A stretch of DNA of 64,000 nucleotides from Thermoplasmata archaeon. Lineage in GTDB: Archaea > Thermoplasmatota > Thermoplasmata > Lutacidiplasmatales > UBA184. Shown here piece after piece: positions 48,707-57,729 of this stretch (position 1 is the stretch's first letter; each line of letters starts with the position of its first letter). Below the pieces are notes generated by a model. It worked only from the letters and a program-made list of their open reading frames with translations. It was not told where the DNA came from and made no database searches. The translations under genes were made by a program, and so were the position numbers. The DNA lies in contig JAGWLG010000004.1 of the NCBI GenBank assembly GCA_028864975.1, forward strand, positions 64,001-128,000, in the 5' to 3' direction.

Positions 48707-49366
48707 GTGTCCAGAATGGTGGGAATGCGTGCGCATGAGGAGAGGCATCATGCAACGAGCGTAGGTGCAGCCGGTAATGCGGGAGGTGAATCCGGTCTGT
48801 CCAATCCTCAAGAATCCAGCTTACCCACAAGGCGAAAGCGGAAGTTGTTGGGGCCGGAAGTACGTTTGCTGAAGTCTCTTGAGCCAGCGGATTGGGCGGT
48901 AGCCTCCATCCTGATCTTCCTGGCAATTACGATGGGCACGCTCCTCCTCCTGAGCTCAAGTCTCTCTTGGCTCAGCCGGTCCGTTTCTCCGATTCGCGCT
49001 GCCTGGTCTCTGACGGTCTTGCTGCTCCTTGTTGGGGGTCTTGCCATCGGTTGGAGCGGTCGCGCGCGCTCTAGACTCATCGGAAGAGCCCTCGCGGACG
49101 GGTCAGCAGTTGAGTACGGGGCGACAGCAATTCTCTACAGGGTCCGTGGGTCTCCCAGCTTGGTCCTCAAGATTGGCGAATTCGGGTGGAACTTGGGGCC
49201 CCACACCGCGCTGGCGCTTACTAGGGCTGCCGGGCACCGTTTGAATCGCTCTGCCCTGGTATTGGCCGGAATAGAACCCAATAGCCCTTGGCGGTGGGGA
49301 TTCTGGGTGCTATCCGTAGATGGGACGACACTTCCAAGTGTGATTGGGATTGACCGTGTCCGCTGA
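48707..49366 (+). CDS. Hypothetical two-TM membrane protein in lower-GC segment
   Basis: 219-aa ORF with two hydrophobic helices; many A/T-ending codons; start uncertain. Confidence 0.5.
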   Translation: MSRMVGMRAHEERHHATSVGAAGNAGGESGLSNPQESSLPTRRKRKLLGPEVRLLKSLEPADWAVASILIFLAITMGTLLLLSSSLSWLSRSVSPIRAAWSLTVLLLLVGGLAIGWSGRARSRLIGRALADGSAVEYGATAILYRVRGSPSLVLKIGEFGWNLGPHTALALTRAAGHRLNRSALVLAGIEPNSPWRWGFWVLSVDGTTLPSVIGIDRVR

Positions 49367-49673
49367 CCCACCGGACGTCCTTCCCAGAGGACTCTTCTAC
49401 CAGGTGACTCAATGTGTTCTGGGTACGGACCAGACCCACCCGTTTGACCAGGTGGGCCAGTGCACGATCAGGGTCTTCGTGTGCGATTGCAACCGGGCTC
49501 GTGTCACCCAGAGTGCGGTGAGCGTGGAAACCGAAGGGACCTTCGTGGTCCCCGCGGGGCGCCCTCCTCCTCTTGGTGGGGGCGCCTCCGGTCACGGATT
49601 CGGTTTACCTCCTCGAGATGCGTCTCAGGCCAGGAGCTGGGTCCGAGGCGAGGTTCGCGAGAGAGATCTCGAA

Positions 49674-50252
49674 CTATGCGGGTGGCGCGGAAGAAAGGTA
49701 GCTGAGGTCGACGTAGAGCTCGACCGTCGAGTTGCTCGGGTTCGTCCAGAGGAACGCATACCAGTCGGTGTACGCGGCCGTGAAGGTGACGGGAGAGGCC
49801 CCCGTCGGGTGCATCGGGTAGAGGTTCTGGGACATTCGCTCGCTCCAGTTCCCGTTCCCGGAAGGGAGCACATCGAACGCCACCGCCTGGCCGTGGGGCG
49901 AGGCTACCGTGAAGTTCCCCGCGACCACGTCGTCACCGTCCACCCGACCCGAGAGGCCGGTCGTGTTGTGCGGGGCGATCGAGAGCCACTTCGCGACCGT
50001 CAGGGGGTCGGGGGCGGGCTGGGCCGTGTTGGTGATCTCCGGCAGGATCACCGCGGTCACGAGACCTAGCATGCCGACGATCATGACGAGCCGCATCGCG
50101 TTGTAGTAGAATCCCCGTCGTCCCGGGGTGGAAAGGGCCCAGAGGAAGGCCCCGTGGAGCGGACGCAGCGGCCGGGGAAGCGACCCCGCGTCTGCGGCCG
50201 GCGGCGGCGCGGGTTGCGCTCCCTGAGCGGGAGGGAGGGTCTCGTCCCCCAT
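49674..50252 (-). CDS. Single-TM membrane protein with extracellular beta-sandwich
   Basis: TM MRLVMIVGMLGLVTAVIL followed by a beta-rich domain (GNFTV, YAFLWTN, VELYVDL). Confidence 0.65.
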   Translation of the reverse strand: MGDETLPPAQGAQPAPPPAADAGSLPRPLRPLHGAFLWALSTPGRRGFYYNAMRLVMIVGMLGLVTAVILPEITNTAQPAPDPLTVAKWLSIAPHNTTGLSGRVDGDDVVAGNFTVASPHGQAVAFDVLPSGNGNWSERMSQNLYPMHPTGASPVTFTAAYTDWYAFLWTNPSNSTVELYVDLSYLSSAPPA

Positions 50253-50327
50253 CGCCCCTCGGGGGGAAGCCCCCTGTAAGAGGTTTGCTGGCGGGCTCGA
50301 TCGCACGGCCTTGGAGTGCCATGCAGG

Positions 50328-50942
50328 TCAGACGTAGAGGGAGCACCCGTAGCAGTAGTGGCGCTGGTACTGCGGGATCCACGTTGCCGTCTTCCCGCAG
50401 CGAAGGCACGCAGGAGCGGACGCGTGCGGTGGAGGCGAAGCCATGAGCACCGGGGCCGAGGGCAGCGGGGCCGCCATGGGAGTTGCCGGGACCATGACGT
50501 ACCCGGGTGGGGGGGCGTAGGCGTAGCCCGGATGGGCGAACATCATGACCGGGACCATCGGTCGGGTCCGCTCCTGGATCGCATCGTCGAGCTTGCCGTA
50601 GGCGAGCAGGTAGAAGATCCCCGGGAGGAGGCCGAAGAAGATCCCGAGGATCCCCAGGAGCAGCGTCACGCCCCTGGCCCCCTCGTAGTTGCCGCGCTTC
50701 GTGCGCGAATAGCTCCACTCCCAGGCCGCGAAGAGCATGAAGACGATCACGGCCACGATGAGCCCCCCGATGACCCAGAAGCCGGAGCTCACGACCCCTA
50801 GGACCCCGAAGAAGACGAACACAAACAAGAGGAAGCCCAGCGAGGAGAGGATCTGACAGATGAGCCCGATGAGGATGTAGGTCTCGGCCTCCCCTCCGGC
50901 GAGGTTCTTCGTGGCGATGGGGAGGGCCGGCTGGGCGTACAC
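50328..50942 (-). CDS. Membrane protein with Pro-rich linker and C-terminal zinc ribbon
   Basis: Three TM segments, then CLRCGKTATWIPQYQRHYCYGC. Confidence 0.78.
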   Translation of the reverse strand: MYAQPALPIATKNLAGGEAETYILIGLICQILSSLGFLLFVFVFFGVLGVVSSGFWVIGGLIVAVIVFMLFAAWEWSYSRTKRGNYEGARGVTLLLGILGIFFGLLPGIFYLLAYGKLDDAIQERTRPMVPVMMFAHPGYAYAPPPGYVMVPATPMAAPLPSAPVLMASPPPHASAPACLRCGKTATWIPQYQRHYCYGCSLYV

Positions 50943-51109
50943 GACATCTCATGATAGGGGTCGGACCATAACCGTTGGCCTCGCGGCCCTGGAGCATCGT
51001 GAGCGTCGTGGCGCAGCGCCATCGACCTCACCCGGTCCATATGGCCCCTCACACCGCCACCGAGGGGCGCGGCGCAGCGCCGGTGGGAAGCTCGAGCGTT
51101 CCGAGGCGG

Positions 51110-52024
51110 TCAGTAATGCCCCGAGAAGTTCGCCAGCACCTCGCTCGCGAAGTTCTGGTCCTCGAAGTAGCTCACCTTTCCAGGGGTGTAGGAGTCCAAT
51201 TGCGGGATGTGGAGGTCGGGGAAGAGGTAGGCATGGTCGTAGGCGACCGACTCCGCCGAGGGGGCGTCGACGAGGCCATCGTTGGCGTGGCCCGAGAAAT
51301 AGGCCATCGCCCAGTAGGGGTTCGCGTACCCGACATAGGTGAGCCACTCGGTCGAGGGATAGTTCGCTCGAGCGTTCGGCACCCACGCGTGCAGCTCCGT
51401 GAGGAAGGCCGACCCCTGGGACATCTCGGCGGCCTGGTAACCGCTCAGGTTGAGCCAGGGGGTGAGGTAGGTCACCGGGGCTCCGTCAAGGGGGGAGCCC
51501 AACCAGATCACGTTCTTGAGGGTGACGCCGGTGAGGCGAGTGTGCTCGAGCATGTACTCGGTGACGAGGCCTCCCATGCTGTGCCCGAGGATGTCGACGG
51601 TCGCCGCCGTGTGGGCGAAGGCCCGGGTCAGCATCTTCGCGAGCTCCATCGAGATGGTCTCGATAGGAACGGCAGTCGTCCCGTAGTACGACGGGTCCGA
51701 GTACGTCGTCCCGTTGCTGAAGGCCAGCGTGAAGGTCCCGTAGTAGGTCACAACGCCGACGATGTAGCCCGCGTTGACGAGCTGCTGGTAGAGGTTGACA
51801 CCGTAGGTCCAGACCACGGTCGCGGGCGTGGTGCTCGGGTCGTACCCGTGCACGAGGATGACGTAGGTCGGGGAAGGGAGCGCGTGGTGCGGAGGGGGCC
51901 CTGAGAGCAGCGCTCCGGAGGTCGGAAGGAACGGGACCGACCCTAGGAGCATCCCTGCCACGGCGATGGCCCCTAGGAGGGCGGCGAACGCCGGGGGCGC
52001 GAGCGGGCTTCCTCCTGAGGGCAT
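51110..52024 (-). CDS. Secreted alpha/beta hydrolase (lipase/esterase family)
   Basis: Signal-like N-terminus, ILVHGY, nucleophile elbow GHSMGG, LGSPLDG, NDGLVD. Confidence 0.85.
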   Translation of the reverse strand: MPSGGSPLAPPAFAALLGAIAVAGMLLGSVPFLPTSGALLSGPPPHHALPSPTYVILVHGYDPSTTPATVVWTYGVNLYQQLVNAGYIVGVVTYYGTFTLAFSNGTTYSDPSYYGTTAVPIETISMELAKMLTRAFAHTAATVDILGHSMGGLVTEYMLEHTRLTGVTLKNVIWLGSPLDGAPVTYLTPWLNLSGYQAAEMSQGSAFLTELHAWVPNARANYPSTEWLTYVGYANPYWAMAYFSGHANDGLVDAPSAESVAYDHAYLFPDLHIPQLDSYTPGKVSYFEDQNFASEVLANFSGHY

Positions 52025-52154
52025 GGACGGACGAGCCGAGATGGGCTATTTCGTCCTTTGTTCAACGCGGACGGCCTGGAGGGCCGTTGCCGAAGGACTT
52101 CGAGGAAGGTCCGCGAGTGGCAAAGGCAAATATCCCTCGGCGATTGGAGCCGTA

Positions 52155-53225
52155 ATGGGAGCGCCTCGCCTCGCGTCGGACAAGGTCCTGGAGCCCCTCA
52201 AGGGGCGCGACCCGACCATCGCCACCATCTGCTCTCACTCCTCGCTCCAGATCTTCCACGGGGCGCGTCTCGAGGGGTTCCGGACCCTAGGGATCGCCCG
52301 GGGCCGCCCCCCCCGGTTCTACGACGCCTTCCCGCTCGCCAAGCCCGACCTCTTCTTGGCGCTGCCCAAGGTGGCGGAGATCGGCGAGCATGCCGAACGT
52401 CTCCGAAAGGAAGGGGCGGTCCTGGTCCCGACGGGGTCGTTCGTCGAGTATGTGGGACCCGAACGCTTCTCGAAGCTCCCGGTGCCGGTCTTCGGCAACC
52501 GCAAGGTCATGGAGTGGGAGTCGGACCGGGAAAAGGAGCGCCTCTGGCTCGAAGGGGCCGGGGTGCGAATGCCGCGGAAGTTCACGGACCCCTCAGAGAT
52601 CGATGGGCCGGTGATCGTGAAGTACTATGGGGCGAAGGGCGGACGCGGGTTCATCCTGGCCAAGAACCGACGGGAGCTCGAGAGCCACAAGATCGACGAG
52701 CCCCACGTCATCCAGGAGTACGTCATCGGGACGCGCTACTACATCCACTTCTTCTACTCCCCCCTGAACGACCGCGGGTACCGTGTGGGGGACGGGTCCC
52801 TCGAGCTCCTGGGGATGGACCGAAGGGACGAGGCGAACATCGACGAGCTCTACAAGCTCGGGAGCCAGGAGGAGCTTCTTCGGGCAGGGATCCACCCGAC
52901 CTTCGTGGTCACGGGGAACGTCCCCGTGGTCATCCGGGAGTCGCTCCTTCCGGAGGTCTTCGAGATCGGCGAGAAGATCGTCGAGCGCTCGATCGACCTC
53001 TTCGGAGGGATGGTGGGGCCCTTCTGCGTGGAGGGCATCATGACGGAGAAGCTCGAGTTCTACGTCTTCGAGATCTCCACGCGCATCGTCGCCGGGACGA
53101 ACGTCTACATCAACGGCTCGCCCTATTCCGACATGGTCGCCCCTGGGCTCTCAACGGGCCGGAGGATCGCGATCGAGCTCAAGCGAGCGATCTCCGAGGG
53201 GCGGCTGGCCGAGGTCCTGAGCTGA
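52155..53225 (+). CDS. purP: 5-formaminoimidazole-4-carboxamide ribonucleotide synthetase (ATP-grasp)
   Basis: IATICSHSSLQIFHGARLEGF, GAKGGRGF, FVVTGNVPVVIRESLL, EISTRIVAGTN, STGRRIA. Confidence 0.93.
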   Translation: MGAPRLASDKVLEPLKGRDPTIATICSHSSLQIFHGARLEGFRTLGIARGRPPRFYDAFPLAKPDLFLALPKVAEIGEHAERLRKEGAVLVPTGSFVEYVGPERFSKLPVPVFGNRKVMEWESDREKERLWLEGAGVRMPRKFTDPSEIDGPVIVKYYGAKGGRGFILAKNRRELESHKIDEPHVIQEYVIGTRYYIHFFYSPLNDRGYRVGDGSLELLGMDRRDEANIDELYKLGSQEELLRAGIHPTFVVTGNVPVVIRESLLPEVFEIGEKIVERSIDLFGGMVGPFCVEGIMTEKLEFYVFEISTRIVAGTNVYINGSPYSDMVAPGLSTGRRIAIELKRAISEGRLAEVLS

Positions 53226-53305
53226 GGCGCCCCGCCCTGGGCGGCGCGGCCCGCCGAGGCCCGGCGGGCTCCCCTTAAGTTCGGAGTGGGGTGGGAACGG
53301 GCGCC

Positions 53306-54253
53306 ATGACGGAGGTCCTCGTCGCTCGGAAGCTCGGCCGACGCTACCGGTGGCGAGGAGGGTCGAACCAAGCGCTCCTCGACGTGGACCTCTCGGTCCC
53401 GAAGGGGGTCGTCCTGGGGCTCCTGGGGAGGAACGGCGCGGGGAAGACCACGTTCGTCCGGATCGCCGCCACGTCGCTGATGCCGACGAGCGGGTCCCTC
53501 GAGGTCTTCGGGCACGATGTGGTGCGCGAGGCGGATGCGGTCCGCGAACGTATCGCGGTGATCCCCCAGGAGTCGCGCCCGTTCTACTGGATGAGCCCGA
53601 CGGAGCTCGTGGCGTACTACCTGCGGATGCGCGGTGAGAGCACCGGCGCGGCCCTACGCCAGGCCAAGGAGACCCTCGAAGAGCTCGAGCTCACGAGGTG
53701 GAAGGACACCCAGGTGAACCGCTTGAGCGGCGGGCTTCGGCGGCGGGTCATGGTGGCCATGGTCATGGCCTCGGACGCCGAGTTCCTGTTCCTCGACGAG
53801 CCGACCACCGGGCTCGACCCGCTCGCCCGTCGCAGCGTCTGGGCCGCGATCCGGAAGGCCGCCAAGGCGAACCGTACCGTCCTCCTCACGACGCACTACC
53901 TGGACGAGGCCGAGGCGCTCTCCGACCGCCTCGCCATCCTCGAGAGCGGCCGCCTCCTGGCGAGCGGAACTCCGAGGGAGATCGCCGCACGGGTCCGACA
54001 CCCCTACCGTGTGACGCTCGAGGGCGGCTTCTCGGAGAAGGAGCTTCGCGCCCTGGGCCAGGTCACCCAGGTCGGGGCGAAGACCTTGCTCTTCACGGGA
54101 GAGCAGGAGGCGAGGGAGCTCGCGCGGGTCTCGCTCGAGAAGGGGACACGGATCTCCATGGGGCCCGTGAGCCTGGAGGACCTCTTCGTTCAGATCGTCG
54201 GAAAGGAGATCTCCGAGGAGGACGAGGAGGTGGAGGCGAGCCATGCCGCGTGA
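53306..54253 (+). CDS. ABC-2 type exporter ATP-binding subunit
   Basis: GRNGAGKTT, LSGGLRRR, FLDEPTTGLDP, TTHYLDEAE. Confidence 0.92.
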   Translation: MTEVLVARKLGRRYRWRGGSNQALLDVDLSVPKGVVLGLLGRNGAGKTTFVRIAATSLMPTSGSLEVFGHDVVREADAVRERIAVIPQESRPFYWMSPTELVAYYLRMRGESTGAALRQAKETLEELELTRWKDTQVNRLSGGLRRRVMVAMVMASDAEFLFLDEPTTGLDPLARRSVWAAIRKAAKANRTVLLTTHYLDEAEALSDRLAILESGRLLASGTPREIAARVRHPYRVTLEGGFSEKELRALGQVTQVGAKTLLFTGEQEARELARVSLEKGTRISMGPVSLEDLFVQIVGKEISEEDEEVEASHAA

Positions 54254-54992
54254 ACGCCTGCGCGCGATCTGGGCCTTGGTCTCGCTGAACGGGCTGCTCC
54301 CGCTCCGCCGGCAACCGCTGTTCCTGCTCAACACGCTCACGAGCCCGTTCTCCTTCCTCTTCCTCATCTACGTGGTCTCGGGGGGGAAGCTCGTCGCGGA
54401 TGCCGTAGAAGGGGGCATGGTCCTGACGGTCCTCTCGATCGGGACCTCGCTCCAGACCGATCTCACGCACTACAAGCAGGACCTGAAGTTCCACGAGATG
54501 GCGGTCGCTTCACCCGTCTCGGCGGGCACCTACGTGGTGGGCCTCGCGTTGAGCGAGTTCGTCTACTCCCTCCCGGGGATGGTCATCTTCGTGATCCTCT
54601 CGTTCTTCTATGCCCACTACATCTTCCTCGGAGGCCTCATCGTCTTCGGGACCCTCATCCTCATCTGGATCTTCGCGAGTTCGCTGGGGTTCACGCTCGC
54701 TACGTACCTCGCCGACGTTCGCGAGACCTTCGCGGTGTCGCCGCTGATCTCGATCGGTCTTACGGTCATCCCTCCCGTGTACTACCCGATGAGCGCTCTC
54801 GCTCCCTGGCCCTGGTTGCAGGTCGCCGCCCAGATCGCCCCCACCACCTGGGCGGCGAACCTGGTCAAGGGGGCGATGGGCCTGGCCCCGCTCTCGTTCG
54901 CCGGAGGGGTCGAGGCGGTGCTCATCCTCCTGGCCTCGGCGGGACTGCTGTTCCTGACCGCGTGGAAGAAGGCCCAGTGGCGAGAGAGCTGA
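54243..54992 (+). CDS. ABC-2 type exporter permease
   Basis: Six TM segments, PPVYYP, overlaps ATPase stop. Confidence 0.88.
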   Translation: MPRERLRAIWALVSLNGLLPLRRQPLFLLNTLTSPFSFLFLIYVVSGGKLVADAVEGGMVLTVLSIGTSLQTDLTHYKQDLKFHEMAVASPVSAGTYVVGLALSEFVYSLPGMVIFVILSFFYAHYIFLGGLIVFGTLILIWIFASSLGFTLATYLADVRETFAVSPLISIGLTVIPPVYYPMSALAPWPWLQVAAQIAPTTWAANLVKGAMGLAPLSFAGGVEAVLILLASAGLLFLTAWKKAQWRES

Positions 54993-55228
54993 CGCGCTCT
55001 TCCTCTGCGGAGCTTGCGCGTTGTCCGCGGAACGACTCTTTTCCCTCAGGTCCGGCCGCGTTCGGGTCCCTTTCCGCTCTCGGAGCGGACCGCCGGCGGA
55101 CCTCGTTCTCGAGGTGCGCGCGTCATGCTTCGACGCATCAATTCGCGTGCAAAAGTCCGGAGTTGGAGTCCCAAGTCCGGGAGCAGGTCGGCAGCCTTAT
55201 CTTGCTGCAGGCTGCTCCGAACCTTCGA

Positions 55229-55468
55229 ATGCTTGTGGACGCCGACATCCGCATGTTCTCTGCCACCGAGGAGAAGTTCCAGCACTGTCTCTCGTGCGGC
55301 AAGGACCTGGTGGTCCTTCCCGAGGACCGGCGCCACGGGCTCTGTTTCGATTGCCTCTCACCGCTCGGACCGCTTTCGGCGAACTGCACGAACTGCGGGT
55401 ACTGGCTCGAGGCGGATGTGCGGCCGGTCCCCTGTCCCCGCTGCGGGACTTCGGTCTCAGCCTGGTGA
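55229..55468 (+). CDS. Small protein with four CxxC motifs (double zinc finger)
   Basis: CLSC, CFDC, CTNC, CPRC in ~75 aa; TTATCTT box 32 nt upstream of ATG 55229 (alternative ATG 55253). Confidence 0.7.
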   Translation: MLVDADIRMFSATEEKFQHCLSCGKDLVVLPEDRRHGLCFDCLSPLGPLSANCTNCGYWLEADVRPVPCPRCGTSVSAW

Positions 55469-55579
55469 GCGTCGAGGGCCGCGCCCCCCTCGGAAAGGAA
55501 TCTCTCCCGCCCCTGCGACCGTAGCGTCGCGGTCGTCCTGAGCTCACCTCCACGCCGGCCCCTCGAGAGGCTTCATCCC

Positions 55580-56968
55580 ATGTCCTCGATGGTCTCGCCC
55601 GTGCCCACGGCCCCCTCTGCCTCTCACGGACCGCCGACTTCCAGCGGAACGTCAGGGCCGGGCCCCCGGCCCCGCCCCTCGTGGCTCCGTTCCTTCTCCC
55701 AGTTCGACCGCCGGATCTACCTCATGGGCGTCGGAGCGTTCGTGCGCTCTTCGGGGAGGAGCGCGAGCTGGCTCTTCCTGCCGCTGCTGCTCTACCTGGG
55801 GTATGGTCTCCCCTACGACGAGATCGGGTTGCTGACCGCCGTCATCGTTCCCGTCGCGATCGCGGCGAACTGGCTGGGCGGCGCGGCCGCGGACCGCTGG
55901 GGTCGGCGATGGCTCTCCACCGCGCCCCCCTTCGTTGCCGCGGCCACCTTCTCGCTCCTCTACCTCTACTGGCACGTCTCGCTCGGGCTGCTCATGGGGC
56001 TCTGGGCGCTCAACAGCCTCATGATGAACCTCCAGACGCCGGCGCAGAACGCCGTGATCGGGGACGTCACCCGGGCGGACCTGGCCGTTCAGGGGTTCAG
56101 CTTCCAGCGGGTCCTCTCCAACGCGGGGTTCGCGCTCTCTCCGGCCCTTGGCGGTCTCCTCGCGGCCTCCCATGGGCTTCCCATCGTCTTCGCGATGGCG
56201 GCGACAGGCTCGGCGCTCGAAGGACTGCTCCTACTCGCGTTCCTTCGAGAGAGCCGTCCGCGCTCCTCCTCCGAGGACCCCGTTGACGACGCTGGGACGG
56301 GGAGGAGGCTCCTCGAGACCCGTCCCTGGAGGGGCGGCCTGGTCGAGCCCTTCCGCGACCGCTCGCTGGTGCTCTTCGGCGCCGTGGGGTTCGGGCTGAC
56401 GCTGGCGACCCAGCAGTTCGGGACCGCGCTTTCGCTCTATCTCCGGACCTCGCAGTCACTCCCTTTCGACCAGATCGGTGCGATCTACTCCTTGAACGGG
56501 ATCCTGGTGGTCCTGCTGCAGCTCCCCATCTCTCTCCTGATGAGGAAGCGCCCCCTCTCCTGGCTCGCCGTGGGTTCGCTGCTCTACGGAGCAGCCTTCG
56601 TGATCTTCGACGCCTCGGCGGGGTTCCTCTTCGACCTAGGGGCGATGACGGTCCTGACCATCGGGGAGGACGTCACGAGCCCGCTCCAGAACTCGGTCGT
56701 CTCCGGGCTCGGGGGGTCGAAGAGGAGAGGAGGATACTTTGGGGCCTTCAATGTCTTCACCCAGGCCTCTCGGGTGGTGGCTCCCCCTATGGGCACCCTC
56801 CTGCTCGCCGTGAGCGCGACGGCACTTTGGGGGACCTCCGCCTCCATCGCGGTCCTGGCCGCCGCAGGGTATCTCCTGCTCCAGCGGGCGCGAGGAGAGC
56901 GGTTCGAGCCCCCGATGGCGAAGGAGGCCGGGCCGGGAGTCGGGCTTGCCACCGCGAAGCCGGGCTGA
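55580..56968 (+). CDS. MFS transporter
   Basis: ~12 TM segments; motif A GGAAADRWGRR. Confidence 0.9.
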   Translation: MSSMVSPVPTAPSASHGPPTSSGTSGPGPRPRPSWLRSFSQFDRRIYLMGVGAFVRSSGRSASWLFLPLLLYLGYGLPYDEIGLLTAVIVPVAIAANWLGGAAADRWGRRWLSTAPPFVAAATFSLLYLYWHVSLGLLMGLWALNSLMMNLQTPAQNAVIGDVTRADLAVQGFSFQRVLSNAGFALSPALGGLLAASHGLPIVFAMAATGSALEGLLLLAFLRESRPRSSSEDPVDDAGTGRRLLETRPWRGGLVEPFRDRSLVLFGAVGFGLTLATQQFGTALSLYLRTSQSLPFDQIGAIYSLNGILVVLLQLPISLLMRKRPLSWLAVGSLLYGAAFVIFDASAGFLFDLGAMTVLTIGEDVTSPLQNSVVSGLGGSKRRGGYFGAFNVFTQASRVVAPPMGTLLLAVSATALWGTSASIAVLAAAGYLLLQRARGERFEPPMAKEAGPGVGLATAKPG

Positions 56969-57070
56969 AGGCCCACCGAGCGGGACGGAACCCGGAAGGG
57001 AGGACGGGCCCCCGTCGCCCAGGCGAAGCCATCACCGTTATCTCGGGGACATCATCCGACCCCTGGGGCT

Positions 57071-57188
57071 GCCGAGGTGGCTCAGACCGGTACGGCGCGA
57101 GCCTGGAAAGCTCGTGGTGGATCTCCACCGCGGGAGTTCAAAGACCGACGGGGACTCCCCCCGTCGATGGAAAGTCTCCCCCTCGGCG
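57071..57188 (+). tRNA. tRNA-Ser(GGA) with 32-nt intron in the T-loop (59/60; intron 57143..57174)
   Basis: Acceptor GCCGAGG/CCTCGGC + G73; anticodon stem CGAGC/GCTCG with CT-GGA-AA; variable arm GGTGG/CCACC; T-stem GGGAG/CTCCC interrupted after TTCAAA by a hairpin insert. Confidence 0.92.
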
Positions 57189-57234
57189 CTCCCCTTTCCC
57201 CGCCGCGACGTCCGGAGCCGAGGTCCGCCGCCCC

Positions 57235-57729
57235 ATGAACATCGATCCCGCTCGCGCTGAGCGCGCGCTGGAAGAAGGAAAGGCGCTGCTTCGGGGGGCC
57301 CCGCGGAACGCGGCGTTCACCCCGCTGTGCCAATGGCTTCGCAAAGGATTCCCGCAGTACAACTGGGTCGGGGTTTACCTCCTCGAAGGTCAGGAGCTCT
57401 CTCTCGCCGCGTGGGATGGCGAGAACGCGACCGAGCACACGACCATTCCTCTCGCGATGGGCATCTGCGGGATGGCCGCCCGCGAGAAGCGCACGATCAA
57501 CGTGAAGGACGTCCGCAAGCGACCGGAGTATCTCGCATGCTTCCTCGAGACCCGCAGCGAGATCGTCGTGCCGATCATGGACGGGAGGACGTGCCTGGGG
57601 GAGATCGACATCGATGGGAAGACCGAGGGGGCCTACGACGCCTCGGACGAGAGCTTCCTCGAGCGTCTCGCGGTCGAGCTGGTCCCGTTCGCCCGAGCGG
57701 AGCTCAGGTCCTCATCCTCGAGAGCTTGA
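57235..57729 (+). CDS. msrC: GAF-domain free methionine-R-sulfoxide reductase (fRMsr-like)
   Basis: YNWVGVYL, GICGMAA, DVRKRPEYLAC...TRSEIVVPI, GEIDID. Confidence 0.82.
   Translation: MNIDPARAERALEEGKALLRGAPRNAAFTPLCQWLRKGFPQYNWVGVYLLEGQELSLAAWDGENATEHTTIPLAMGICGMAAREKRTINVKDVRKRPEYLACFLETRSEIVVPIMDGRTCLGEIDIDGKTEGAYDASDESFLERLAVELVPFARAELRSSSSRA

Noticed and set aside
53232-53269. GC hairpins after purP as a terminator
   Set aside because: Short GC stems are expected by chance at this GC content and no pyrimidine tract follows.
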